A stretch of 64,000 bases of DNA from a virus. The translations under genes and the position numbers were made by a program. Where the stretch lies: positions 1 through 64,000 of the IMG/VR virus record IMGVR_UViG_3300045988_173593. One strand, 5' to 3'. Position 1 is the stretch's first letter. The number at the start of each line of letters is the position of its first letter. Under the pieces are notes generated by a model that made no database searches, was not told the DNA's origin, and worked only from the letters and a program-made list of their open reading frames with translations. This document shows, one piece after another, positions 9,164 to 18,573 of the stretch.

Positions 9164-9443
9164 CTTGGCAATCAGAACAAAGCCCGCTTCTCAGTTCACA
9201 TTTTTCACATGCTTTTCGGCAATGATAACAACTGACCTTACCCTTCCGTTGCGCCTTGATACATCGGTTGCATTCGAGTTCTTTCTTTTTCTCGCAAACA
9301 TGCGATTTGCTGTAAAGATACCGTATCCCGACTTCCGACCGTTCGATTTTATCAGGTGCTCCGAGATAATCTCTTGTATAGCGCAAGCTGGAAAATCCGA
9401 GGATTGCCGCCGCCTCTTTTGATGATAGCAATTGTTCCTCCAT
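9039..9443 (-). CDS. HTH (excisionase/MerR-like N-terminus) plus Cys-rich zinc-finger protein
   Basis: N-terminal SSKEAAAILGFS HTH. Many CxxC pairs. Convergently overlaps 8612..9163 by about 125 nt. Confidence 0.45.
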   Translation of the reverse strand: MEEQLLSSKEAAAILGFSSLRYTRDYLGAPDKIERSEVGIRYLYSKSHVCEKKKELECNRCIKAQRKGKVSCYHCRKACEKCELRSGLCSDCQAKKLVLNFSCHGDCTRCKPDCKMIQALENALKAMKAKVQAV

Positions 9444-9445
9444 TC

Positions 9446-9775
9446 TTACCTCACACGATGCACAACGGTTCCATTTTCAAGAACTTCGGGCATAAACTTT
9501 TCTTTTTCGATGATTTCTGCTCTCCGTGCGGCATTTTCAGCAATCCACGGCATTGGATCAGAATCATCTGTCAAAGGATTGGAGCGTTTTTTTATTTGCA
9601 TGATTTTCATATAGGGGGCGTGCATTTCTTCCAAAGCATGAGGCGGTCCGAGTTTTGGAGTATTCCAATAGGCAAAATAAGGTTTGTCTTCAGAACTGAA
9701 TTCAATGATAAAATCTTTGCCGGGAATGGCATCCGGCATTAATGTTGTAACAACCTTTTCCAGTTTTTGCTTCAT
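9446..9775 (-). CDS. hypothetical protein
   Basis: ORF adjacent to 9039..9443. Confidence 0.5.
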   Translation of the reverse strand: MKQKLEKVVTTLMPDAIPGKDFIIEFSSEDKPYFAYWNTPKLGPPHALEEMHAPYMKIMQIKKRSNPLTDDSDPMPWIAENAARRAEIIEKEKFMPEVLENGTVVHRVR

Positions 9776-9859
9776 GCTTCATTCTCCTGTTTTTTTTCAA
9801 AAACATAAAGCAAGACACTGATTTTCAAAAGTCCGGAAAATAAGTGTTCCGTTATTTAT

Positions 9860-9950
9860 GTGATCGTCGTGTGACTGTCACGTGATCGTCGTGTGACTGT
9901 CACGTGATCGTCGTGTGACTGTCACGTGATTGTCGTGTGACTGTCACGTG
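9860..9950. repeat. about 4 tandem copies of the 22-bp unit GTGATCGTCGTGTGACTGTCAC (contains GTGAC-T-GTCAC and TCACGTGA palindromes)
   Basis: Read directly. Lies upstream of the 9775 operon start. Confidence 0.8.
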
Positions 9951-9963
9951 ACAAGATATGCCA

Positions 9964-10371
9964 TTATCTTCTTGCTCGTTCAAGTGTCTTTCTGGCATTT
10001 ACGTATGCCCTCTGAGCCTCATCAGCTTGTGAAATTATATTATCTGTTCGTATTTTGAATTCATAAAGTTCTCTCCTGAGAGCATCCATATCACGCAAGG
10101 CAGTCCATCCGACAAAGAGAGAAATTAAAGATATTGTGATTGCGACAACAACAGAAATTTTGATGTCACTGTTTCTTTCTTTGATGAAATTATTACGTTC
10201 ATCCAATCTGCCGAGTTTTTCTTCCGTTCCTGAATTGCAACTTCCGAGTGCCATTTTTTCATTCCCTTCTTTTTTGTTATTTTCATTTTTGTTGAGGATT
10301 TCATCCAGTTTAGGAGCAACCTTGCTTAAAGCGCAAGGGGTTTTGCATTCTCCACAGTTATGATCGCACAT
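9964..10371 (-). CDS. hypothetical membrane protein (Cys-rich N-terminus, one TM, coiled-coil C-terminus)
   Basis: ORF. Confidence 0.45.
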   Translation of the reverse strand: MCDHNCGECKTPCALSKVAPKLDEILNKNENNKKEGNEKMALGSCNSGTEEKLGRLDERNNFIKERNSDIKISVVVAITISLISLFVGWTALRDMDALRRELYEFKIRTDNIISQADEAQRAYVNARKTLERARR

Positions 10372-10377
10372 TTTCTG

Positions 10378-10719
10378 CTAATCCCTTCTCGATTTAAAAT
10401 TTGCGCATTTTGTTGTGCATCTGTCGCAAGTCTTTGCAAATTCATTGATCTCATTGTTGATCAAGTTTTTCATTCTGCTTTCACTCCACAAAGAAGCCTG
10501 TAAAACACCTAGTGCCTCTCTGTTTTCAGATAATTCATGTTTGATATCTTCTAATTGTTCCGGCATTTTTTCAAATGGCTTCAAACGACTGTTTATCATC
10601 TTGTCAACAATGATATAAATAGCTCCTGCAAGCAACAATCCTAGCATGACAAGAATAATAATTTGGGCTGGTGTTGCCCCCTGTATGACTGTTTCAACAT
10701 GTTCAGGTGTTACTTGCAT
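10378..10719 (-). CDS. hypothetical membrane protein (N-terminal TM)
   Basis: RBS AAGAAAGAGGAC. Preceded by motif copy 1. Confidence 0.5.
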   Translation of the reverse strand: MQVTPEHVETVIQGATPAQIIILVMLGLLLAGAIYIIVDKMINSRLKPFEKMPEQLEDIKHELSENREALGVLQASLWSESRMKNLINNEINEFAKTCDRCTTKCANFKSRRD

Positions 10720-10751
10720 TGATAGTCCTCTTTCTTGAATGGTTTTATATA

Positions 10752-10766
10752 CCCCGGATTGTCAAT
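10752..10766 (-). promoter_or_regulatory. CCGGATTGTCAAT motif copy 1 (minus orientation: TTGACAATCCGGGGTATATAAAAC)
   Basis: Intergenic, 40 nt upstream of the 10719 start. Confidence 0.55.
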
Positions 10767-10776
10767 CTGAGTCTTT

Positions 10777-11229
10777 TTATCCATGGTTGCTTTCATTCTT
10801 TTCTGCCTTAGTCCATCCGTCCCATCCGAAGAACTGGCAGTAGTTGCCCCAGCGGCGCGCCTTGTTCAGCCAGAGATAGCGGCGCGGGTCATACCAGCCG
10901 TAACGGTCTTTGACCAGCGTATAACAGTTCCGCTTGAAGCGTTCGTTGGAAGCGTCGAACTGCTCCCTGGTTCCGCCCTCGTGATATTCCACATCATGAA
11001 TCAGCGCGGCGGGCTCGAACAGTCCCGCACTTGCTGTGACGATCTCCCGAAGCCAGTCAGGGAACCGGTCGGGACCGATGCCGTTGTAGATTTTCCCGAT
11101 TTCCGTGATGCTGTATTTGTCAAGGATATGAACGTTCTCAAGCTTGAGATCATATGCCTTGCGGACAAGTTCAAGTGTTGCAGTGCTCATTTTCGTGTTT
11201 TTCCTTCCATTGTTTGATTCTCCGATCAC
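10777..11229 (-). CDS. hypothetical protein (possibly DUF1353-like). The true start may be M14 at 11190
   Basis: ORF. Confidence 0.45.
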   Translation of the reverse strand: MIGESNNGRKNTKMSTATLELVRKAYDLKLENVHILDKYSITEIGKIYNGIGPDRFPDWLREIVTASAGLFEPAALIHDVEYHEGGTREQFDASNERFKRNCYTLVKDRYGWYDPRRYLWLNKARRWGNYCQFFGWDGWTKAEKNESNHG

Positions 11230-11584
11230 CGAGCCATTCTGTAGCGTCCAGTTCAGCTTGCTTCGCAGGAGCCTCCAACTTCTTACGCCGGAATGTCTTC
11301 ATCAGGAGATATTTCACGAGCCCCATCACGTGCCGCTGGTAGGCGTGATAGAGCTCATGGATTACGCTCCCGAAGAACACCTCATCCGACCGGTCACCGG
11401 CTATTTTAAGCGTGTCCGTCAGGGCGCAATACATTGCTGTAACTACACCCTCAACGCCAAATTTCAGAGGCTCGTCTGGTATCTTCTGCCATGCAAACTC
11501 ATTCAGCCAGTCGGCTCGTCCGGAGTCAGCGTATTTCCAAGTGTTGCAGTATAGTTGAGTGTTCATGATTTTATTTACCTTCAC
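11171..11584 (-). CDS. hypothetical small protein with an HExxH motif (HELYHAYQRH)
   Basis: ORF. Possible metallopeptidase motif. Confidence 0.4.
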   Translation of the reverse strand: MKVNKIMNTQLYCNTWKYADSGRADWLNEFAWQKIPDEPLKFGVEGVVTAMYCALTDTLKIAGDRSDEVFFGSVIHELYHAYQRHVMGLVKYLLMKTFRRKKLEAPAKQAELDATEWLGDRRIKQWKEKHENEHCNT

Positions 11585-13392
11585 ATGTCATAGGTTTCCA
11601 GTTCAACAATGGTAGGATAGTTTGCAGCTACGGTAATGTCTGCCAACCTATGGTAGTAGTAGCTCTTGCTGTTCGAGAACGTGAACTCTTTCCACTCATA
11701 TCCAGTAGTCCATGTCAAGCCTGACGCAGTATACAAGTCTGTCCATGTGCTGCCGTCATCAGAGCCCTGAAGGATGAAAGAGGTGATAGCCTGCTGTGCG
11801 ATATCACCGGAAGCTGTACCCTGAAATCTGAGCTTCTGCACAAGCACTGGTTTCGTCTTATTTTGCCACTGAAGCCACCACGAAGAATTTGATGCTCCTG
11901 TCCATCCAGAAGAGCTACCTGTTACCCCGTCGAAGGCTTTCCACGGAGCAGAGTTAGTGCTGTAGAAACTGCTGGCACTGATTTCCCACTCGTCGGAGCT
12001 CTCGCTGGTCATGCCGGTAGGACTGGTCAGCGTTGGCGTGCCTGTGTAAAGCAATGACACAATCACCAATGCATCCGCGCTGTAGATTCCGCCGACGACC
12101 GGCGTGACGCTGGTATATGCCAGCCCCGCTGTGACATCGCTTTCGAAACTCCACGTTCCGGCTGTCGAGTCGAATACCGCCTTGTAGCCGCTCCATGTCT
12201 TCGCGGATACGTCCACGCTGGCGCACTTGTAATACTCCGCCGAGGTGCCGCCTGTGCTTTCGCCCTCATACGTTCCTGCGACATTGAAGATAGTTACGCC
12301 GCTCTTGATATTTGCAGCAGTCAAGTTCGTATCACCTGCGACGGTAACTTCTCCCTTGAGATACGAACCTTTAGAAATTACTTGTGCGTTTGCCGCCGGT
12401 GTAATCGTAAAAGCATTCAACGCGGTTCCGACTGTCAGTGTTTGCGCGCTCTTAACATAGCCCTTTGGCACTGTAACAACGTTATCAGACATTGAGGCTG
12501 TCACTGTGGGGATTGTGCCTGTTATCTTTTCGTCCTTAGCGTATGCCGTCTTGTCCTGTAAAATATCGCTGGCTGTCGCTGTCGCGTCGCTGGTGTCCGT
12601 TCCGGTGCTGATTTCGTTTACCGCATTGGCACACTGGTACAATGTCGAATCCTGCGCCAGACTTCCGCCTTTGGCATTGATCGCCGTCACGAGCGCATCA
12701 CGGGCGCCGTCCAGAGCCGAAAGCACAGTATCGAGCGAGCCCCCTGTAGTGCTGAACTCTTTGGATAGCTCTGTGATTTCGCTATCACTAAGAGCACGGT
12801 TGTAGACGCGGCAGGCGGCAAGGTAGCCGGTCATTTTTGTATCTCTCCCAATAGAACCTGAAGAAGTAAAGTTTGTGCCTAAAGCAATACCAGCCCCGAT
12901 TGTTGCGGAAAATGTCCGGCTTGCTGAAAGATTACCGTCTACATATAATTTTTGTGTTGTTCCGTCGTATGTGCACGCAATATGGTGCCAGCCATCTTTA
13001 ATATTAGTCGTAGCATCTATTAGGTTTTCATCAGACCCGTTTTTGTAGGTATATAATCTAGGATACCCATTATTTGTCATGACTTCCATGTTATGACTGT
13101 TAGTCCACGGTCCTAACGCAAACAAGCAGTCACCTGATTGGAAATAGGCATGGAATGAAAATGTGAAAGCATCTGCAACTTGAAAAGAGTTGTTATAAAG
13201 CGCACTGCTTCCATCAAAATAGGCACACTGCCTGCCTCCAAAAGTCTGAAACGTAACTGAACCTGAATTTGTGAGCGTATATGCACAATCTGCATTTTCA
13301 GCCAGTGGTGCATAAAATACAAGTCCATTTGTTGGTATTGCCATAAATAACCTCCTTAAGTTAATCTGTTGTGACTGTCCAACCACGATCAA
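11581..13392 (-). CDS. tail fibre / receptor-binding protein with an N-terminal LamG/concanavalin-like region
   Basis: N-terminus MAIPTNGLVFYAPL shared with the next fibre gene. Large beta-rich protein. Confidence 0.65.
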   Translation of the reverse strand: MIVVGQSQQINLRRLFMAIPTNGLVFYAPLAENADCAYTLTNSGSVTFQTFGGRQCAYFDGSSALYNNSFQVADAFTFSFHAYFQSGDCLFALGPWTNSHNMEVMTNNGYPRLYTYKNGSDENLIDATTNIKDGWHHIACTYDGTTQKLYVDGNLSASRTFSATIGAGIALGTNFTSSGSIGRDTKMTGYLAACRVYNRALSDSEITELSKEFSTTGGSLDTVLSALDGARDALVTAINAKGGSLAQDSTLYQCANAVNEISTGTDTSDATATASDILQDKTAYAKDEKITGTIPTVTASMSDNVVTVPKGYVKSAQTLTVGTALNAFTITPAANAQVISKGSYLKGEVTVAGDTNLTAANIKSGVTIFNVAGTYEGESTGGTSAEYYKCASVDVSAKTWSGYKAVFDSTAGTWSFESDVTAGLAYTSVTPVVGGIYSADALVIVSLLYTGTPTLTSPTGMTSESSDEWEISASSFYSTNSAPWKAFDGVTGSSSGWTGASNSSWWLQWQNKTKPVLVQKLRFQGTASGDIAQQAITSFILQGSDDGSTWTDLYTASGLTWTTGYEWKEFTFSNSKSYYYHRLADITVAANYPTIVELETYDM

Positions 13393-14146
13393 TGAGTGTC
13401 TGTTTATCTGTTAATCCCTGACCAGTTGGTGGTGCTGATGTTTCCTGATAGTTTATGTCCAAAGTTCCATTGGTTTTCGCATTCAAGACAAGCGATGCCA
13501 GTATATTATTCACAACATCAGAGGTAAATTTGTTAGAGTAGGCGGCAAGGTATTTTAATGCTGTGTTTTGCGCTATATTCAGCATAGTTAAACCGTTATT
13601 ATTGCACGCTAACGTCATTAGGTTTGCATTATTACTGATATCAAGAGCTGACAAAGCGTTCCCCTTACAATCCAGTGAAGTTAATGTGGGACATAAACTT
13701 ATGTCGATGGATGTTAATGTGCTAGTCGTACAATTTAATGCTGTAACTGCTCCTTGTATCGTTGTTGTTCCTGCTGACAAGGTAAATTCAGCAGGGAATT
13801 CCGTATAGGTCTGGGATGTAGCTCCATTTGTTACAATGACAGAGCCTGTTGCATTGATTGCTACTTTACTTTGTCCTTGTGATCCGCTTTCTGATACGAG
13901 TGTAATTATTTCATCTCCTGGTTCTCCGCCTCCTGTCGGCGTCCCGATGATCGCCATTGCGTCGGATTCAAATGCGGATGTGTCGCCGCCGGAACTTCCG
14001 GAACTATTCGCGAACGGGATGAAGAACTTATTGTTGACCAGCAAGCCTTTCTGATTCGCTGTCGGCTTGGAAGTGCTCAGAAAGAGCCCGTCGATCACAA
14101 CCCCGGTGCCACAAACAACTCCATCTGTCGGTATCGCCATAATCAA
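13361..14146 (-). CDS. tail fibre protein with leucine-rich repeats
   Basis: MAIPTDG N-terminus. LxxLxLxxN repeats (LTSLDCKGNALSALDISNNANLMTL). Confidence 0.6.
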   Translation of the reverse strand: MIMAIPTDGVVCGTGVVIDGLFLSTSKPTANQKGLLVNNKFFIPFANSSGSSGGDTSAFESDAMAIIGTPTGGGEPGDEIITLVSESGSQGQSKVAINATGSVIVTNGATSQTYTEFPAEFTLSAGTTTIQGAVTALNCTTSTLTSIDISLCPTLTSLDCKGNALSALDISNNANLMTLACNNNGLTMLNIAQNTALKYLAAYSNKFTSDVVNNILASLVLNAKTNGTLDINYQETSAPPTGQGLTDKQTLIDRGWTVTTD

Positions 14147-16422
14147 GCCTCCTCTGCTGGGATGTTGAAGTCATAGAGCACGGTCTGCGCGGAACCGCTA
14201 TAGACGCTGGAACCGTCCGCCGAAACCGTAACCGTCCGGATGGAAACGGTTTTCGTGGACTCGTCGCCGTCCGCCTGCGCAACCGCGAACTGCAACCCGG
14301 CGGCAAGCGAACCTTGCAGCGTCCACGCGCCGGAAGCCTTCAGATACAGATTCAGTGCGTTGGTGTCGAGATAAAAATCACCGTCCGTGCCGAGCTCATT
14401 TGACGGCGCACCTGTCCCGTTGAAGATCGTTTTTCCGTCCGTGCCTTCCGCCTTGACATTGGTATCGGTTTCGCCGATCATCCAGTGCTTTGTGTCCGGG
14501 TCAATGCTCGGAGTCAGCCCGTCGGAACCGTCCTGACCGTCCGTGCCATCCGTGCCGTTCGTAACCGTAAACGTTGACGTCGTTTCATCAGTATAAGTGA
14601 TGGTGTAGGTATCAACATTGCCGCTGGTTCCGGTTTTTTCAATGGATGCGATTCCACGGCCGTCCGAGCCGGTTTCTCCCTTCGCGACAAGGAGCGTCCA
14701 GTAGTCGTTCGAGACAGTCGCCGCACTCGCGGGCGGAGCGTTGCCGGAACCGGCAGCAGCGTTGATGTATCCCCAGAGCGAGCCGTTGTATTGAACGGCA
14801 TCCATTGCGGTGTCGGTCTTCTGGTAAGTCGAGGCGGCATCATACGCGCCGCGCACTGTCAGCCCGGTTCCGTCGGAGCCGCGATAGGCATTGAAAAAGT
14901 CGTCGAGGCTCTTTCCTTCGTTGCCCTCCTGTTCCAGCCAGAGCTGATACGCTGATTTGCCGTCCGCGCCGTCCGCGCCTTTCGGGATTCCAAAACTGAA
15001 ATGAAACTCTTTCTCCGTATTCTCGCCGGATGCGGTAATGCTTGCCGTGGCTTCGCTTCCCGCCGCCAAAGTTTCGGCTGTTGCATCCGGAGTCCCGAAA
15101 CCGGCGCTGGTTCCACTGGTTCCGTCGTTTCCGATATACTTCACCCAGACCGCACCGCTGAAATCTTCGGCGTCCGGACTTTCAACCTCTGTTTCGGAGT
15201 GTATTTCCGCGCGATATTTCAACGTGTCGGAAGGCGTGAGGCTGAACCCTGTCCCGCTTGCGTCGGAGGCATACGCCACATACATATAGGAACTGGAACC
15301 CGCCGTTCCCTGTTGCCCGAGAATCCGGATTGCACCGCTCCAGCTTCCGCCGTTGTCGTTCGATGTTCTCATATAGGCGTCGCCCCCGGCATATTCGTCA
15401 TGCCAGAGCGTCGAACCGTCCACGCTGTATTGCGTCTTGAGTTCCGGCGCGGGAGTTCCGTCTTCGCCCGCCGGTCCTCTGGGGATATACATGGCGTCCG
15501 ACCAGTCCGCTCCGACCACGGAAATTCTCTGCCGGTAATATTGGTCCGTCTCCTGATTTTGTATATCATGCCAATCAGTTGATCCGTCTGCGCTGAACTG
15601 GAATTCAAACTTGTTTCGGAGAAGCGACAATACCCATGACTGGCTTGCTATCCCCATTGCATTGGATTCCGGGACATCTGCCGACCTCTGAAAGGCGATT
15701 GGTTTGTTGATATAGATTCGGAACTGGAATCGTTTGATCGTTTCACCGTTGGAAAGAATCGCATGTTCCGCTGTAAGTTGCAGAGATTCGGTGTTTGTGA
15801 ACTCAAAGTTCTCCATGAGTTTGTCGGACATGGTCAGGAAATGAACTCCGAAGATACCTTCCGACTTTCTGGAATCATCCACATAGTTCACGGCGTTTGT
15901 TTCCGCGTCGTAATCGCCTTCCGCAAGAATCATAAGGCTTTCGGGAACCGAAACCGTCGCGCCTTCTTCAAACGCATAATCGGCGGTTTCCGCCGCGCCG
16001 AGTGTAAAGGCATAACCTTTTTCTATTGCGCTTCTTGAAACATAAGCGAAGCTCTGTTCTTCTCCGCCGGCGTTTCTGAGCACCAGGACACCCGTTTTCG
16101 GGATATACCGTTCTGTCGCGGAGACTTCTACGGAAATACTGGAAACGCTTCCACCGGATTCAATTGCGGAAAGATTCTTTCCCTCATAGCTGGAGATGAA
16201 ATTGTTGTCAATAGCAAAGAGTGACGATACCGACATGCTTTCAAAGCCGGTGTAAGGCGTCCATTCCGATGGCGTTTCGGAGGTTCCTCCGTCCGTCACA
16301 TAGTGAATCTCATAGTCTTCCGTGTTTTCCAGATAGGAAATCAGTTGATTCTGATTTGCAAATGGAGCACCTTTTGCATCATAAATGTCGCCGCTGGTAA
16401 AATCAATATAAATGATCTTCAT
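14143..16422 (-). CDS. large tail fibre / baseplate protein with collagen-like G-x-x stretches
   Basis: 759 aa with GPAGEDGTP and GTDGTDGQDGSDG segments. Preceded by motif copy 2. Confidence 0.65.
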   Translation of the reverse strand: MKIIYIDFTSGDIYDAKGAPFANQNQLISYLENTEDYEIHYVTDGGTSETPSEWTPYTGFESMSVSSLFAIDNNFISSYEGKNLSAIESGGSVSSISVEVSATERYIPKTGVLVLRNAGGEEQSFAYVSRSAIEKGYAFTLGAAETADYAFEEGATVSVPESLMILAEGDYDAETNAVNYVDDSRKSEGIFGVHFLTMSDKLMENFEFTNTESLQLTAEHAILSNGETIKRFQFRIYINKPIAFQRSADVPESNAMGIASQSWVLSLLRNKFEFQFSADGSTDWHDIQNQETDQYYRQRISVVGADWSDAMYIPRGPAGEDGTPAPELKTQYSVDGSTLWHDEYAGGDAYMRTSNDNGGSWSGAIRILGQQGTAGSSSYMYVAYASDASGTGFSLTPSDTLKYRAEIHSETEVESPDAEDFSGAVWVKYIGNDGTSGTSAGFGTPDATAETLAAGSEATASITASGENTEKEFHFSFGIPKGADGADGKSAYQLWLEQEGNEGKSLDDFFNAYRGSDGTGLTVRGAYDAASTYQKTDTAMDAVQYNGSLWGYINAAAGSGNAPPASAATVSNDYWTLLVAKGETGSDGRGIASIEKTGTSGNVDTYTITYTDETTSTFTVTNGTDGTDGQDGSDGLTPSIDPDTKHWMIGETDTNVKAEGTDGKTIFNGTGAPSNELGTDGDFYLDTNALNLYLKASGAWTLQGSLAAGLQFAVAQADGDESTKTVSIRTVTVSADGSSVYSGSAQTVLYDFNIPAEEA

Positions 16423-16449
16423 GCTATCTCCGTTCCGTGTTTTCCTTAT

Positions 16450-16463
16450 CCCGGATTGTCAAT
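16450..16463 (-). promoter_or_regulatory. CCGGATTGTCAAT motif copy 2
   Basis: 34 nt upstream of the ATG at 16422. Confidence 0.55.
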
Positions 16464-16476
16464 CACGAAGCGTTTT

Positions 16477-16965
16477 TTACTCTTTTTCAGTTGCTTTCAA
16501 CTGATCACTGACCACTTTCAGCTGATCACTGATTTTCCCCCAGTCGGGCCCGAGCCCTTCGTAACGGTAATTGCGCTCCGTCTCGATGAGCATAGCGTTG
16601 AGTTCCGGGTAGTCTTCGGACTCCTCAATCGCGCATCCGAGGTGCCCTAAGATTTTCAGGTGATTTTTCATGACGGATACGGACGCCGTTCCGTCCGCCG
16701 TGCCGGAGCCCTGCGCGGTCATGAGTTCTTCGTAATAAATCATGGCGCGGCTGACATGCTTCTGTACGCACAGGATACACGAGTCCATTTTGACGAACCG
16801 GTTTTCCCGCAGAAAACGTCCGATTTCATCCTCGAACCGGCGCATCATGGATTCCCGGTTCCGCCTTGCACCGCACGTCGGACACTTTTCCGATGCCTCG
16901 CGCTCCGCCCGCTGCTGTTTGAGTTTCGCTTCCAGTTCTTCTTTGGTAATGTTTGAGTATGACAT
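16477..16965 (-). CDS. hypothetical protein
   Basis: ORF. Confidence 0.5.
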   Translation of the reverse strand: MSYSNITKEELEAKLKQQRAEREASEKCPTCGARRNRESMMRRFEDEIGRFLRENRFVKMDSCILCVQKHVSRAMIYYEELMTAQGSGTADGTASVSVMKNHLKILGHLGCAIEESEDYPELNAMLIETERNYRYEGLGPDWGKISDQLKVVSDQLKATEKE

Positions 16966-16974
16966 ATCTTCTCC

Positions 16975-18573
16975 TTATGAATTGCAGTAGTCTGTAGTTC
17001 CGTCTTTCGTCCGGTAAACATGATGGCATGGGTCGTGACATCCGGATGAATCATAAAAGCCGCACGCCTGTTCAGTCTCTCTAAAATTCCCACCGGAATC
17101 CGGCGTTGCGGAAGCCGAAGCCGAAACGGATGCCGAACAGTTATAAACGTTATCACAATTATGAAAAGCGATGCATTCCGCGGATGCTATGTAGCCGTTC
17201 CCTCTCACAGAAAGAGTCATGTCGGCAGTGCATTGGACCATCAATCTGCTGTTTACAACGCCATATAAAACGCAGGATTGATTGCTGGCAACAGACGCCG
17301 TAATGTTGCAGTAAAAACAGGTTGCGGTTAAAAAGCCATAGTAAGCACTAGCGTAAATATCATTGACGTGTTGGTCTGTGTAAGACATGACAACTTGGCA
17401 ATGAAACGCGGCATTATGTGACGTAAAAAAGCCATAAAAGGTATTGGCTACCGCCTGCATATCAACCTTGCAGGAATAATATGCGGACGCATTTGCCATG
17501 GTTTCGTAATACCTGTTATTATAAAATCCATAAAGATAATAGGCATATCCATGGAAAGCTGTGGAACATCGGTAACAGACAGTGTTCCCCCAGAAACCAT
17601 ATTTATCGGAGATTCCATCATATTCCGTATACACGGCATCCAGTGTGCAAAGATAAAATACAGCTCTGGTTTTTTCGCTGCCGGTGTTCGAATAATACCC
17701 ATACAGTTGCTTACAATCGAAGGCGTGAACGGAACAGCCATAGAAGATATTGTCTTCATACGCATAAAACCCATAAACGGAATAAACATTTTTCAAATTT
17801 GCCGTGCAACGATAAAATACAGAGTCTCGCGGGTAATCTCCCCTGTAAGCAGTATAGGAATTATAAGTTTGATTATCTTCAAAGGTTACTTCGCAATTCA
17901 TGCAGATCGACGGTCTGTAAACGGCTATAACGATACCTGTCCCGGTGATCTTGATGTGAAAGCCGGACAGAATGCAGAAAACATTGATCCCATGTGGTTT
18001 TCCGTCATTGTAAATCCTGTCAAGGTTGATTTCCTGTTTTCGGTTTTCATCATCGTTCCATGGCGTTACAATCAGCCTGCTGTAATGTGATACATCAGCA
18101 TTGCTCACCGTAATCCGGTAATCAACAACGCCCTTTACACACAGTCTTGCATATCCGCAGAAATTACTTAAAAGACAGCTTAGTTTTTTTATCGCGTAAT
18201 TCACGTTCCGCCAGGGATTTTCCCTGGAACCGTCGCCGGACTTGTCCACCATGTCATCCGCATTGGCGGCGGTGTCATCCCATGAGACGGAGTCACAGTA
18301 AAAGGTCAAGGGGCGGACTCTCCGCTCGGACACGGACAACACCCCGGAACCGTAATCTTCCGGGATGTCGCCGGCGACCAGTTGTTCTTCACTCAGGCTC
18401 GCAAATTCCCCCTTCTTCAGGGCTGGCAGAGTATAATCTGTAATCTCAACCGGGTAATGCGGCATGCAGACCATACGCGGCCAGGAGCGGCTGTATCCGA
18501 GCAAGGCTCCTGTTTGTGATAAAAGAATCGGACACGGAGTCGTCATTTCAATAGTCCTCCGCACAATATCCAT
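16975..18573 (-). CDS. Tyr/Cys-rich repeat (YGFY...) tail-associated protein, possibly beta-helix tail spike-like
   Basis: Internal amino-acid repeats. Sits in the tail region. Confidence 0.5.
   Translation of the reverse strand: MDIVRRTIEMTTPCPILLSQTGALLGYSRSWPRMVCMPHYPVEITDYTLPALKKGEFASLSEEQLVAGDIPEDYGSGVLSVSERRVRPLTFYCDSVSWDDTAANADDMVDKSGDGSRENPWRNVNYAIKKLSCLLSNFCGYARLCVKGVVDYRITVSNADVSHYSRLIVTPWNDDENRKQEINLDRIYNDGKPHGINVFCILSGFHIKITGTGIVIAVYRPSICMNCEVTFEDNQTYNSYTAYRGDYPRDSVFYRCTANLKNVYSVYGFYAYEDNIFYGCSVHAFDCKQLYGYYSNTGSEKTRAVFYLCTLDAVYTEYDGISDKYGFWGNTVCYRCSTAFHGYAYYLYGFYNNRYYETMANASAYYSCKVDMQAVANTFYGFFTSHNAAFHCQVVMSYTDQHVNDIYASAYYGFLTATCFYCNITASVASNQSCVLYGVVNSRLMVQCTADMTLSVRGNGYIASAECIAFHNCDNVYNCSASVSASASATPDSGGNFRETEQACGFYDSSGCHDPCHHVYRTKDGTTDYCNS

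Noticed and set aside
9860-9950. CRISPR array
   Set aside because: Direct 22-bp repeats abut each other with no spacers. No cas genes
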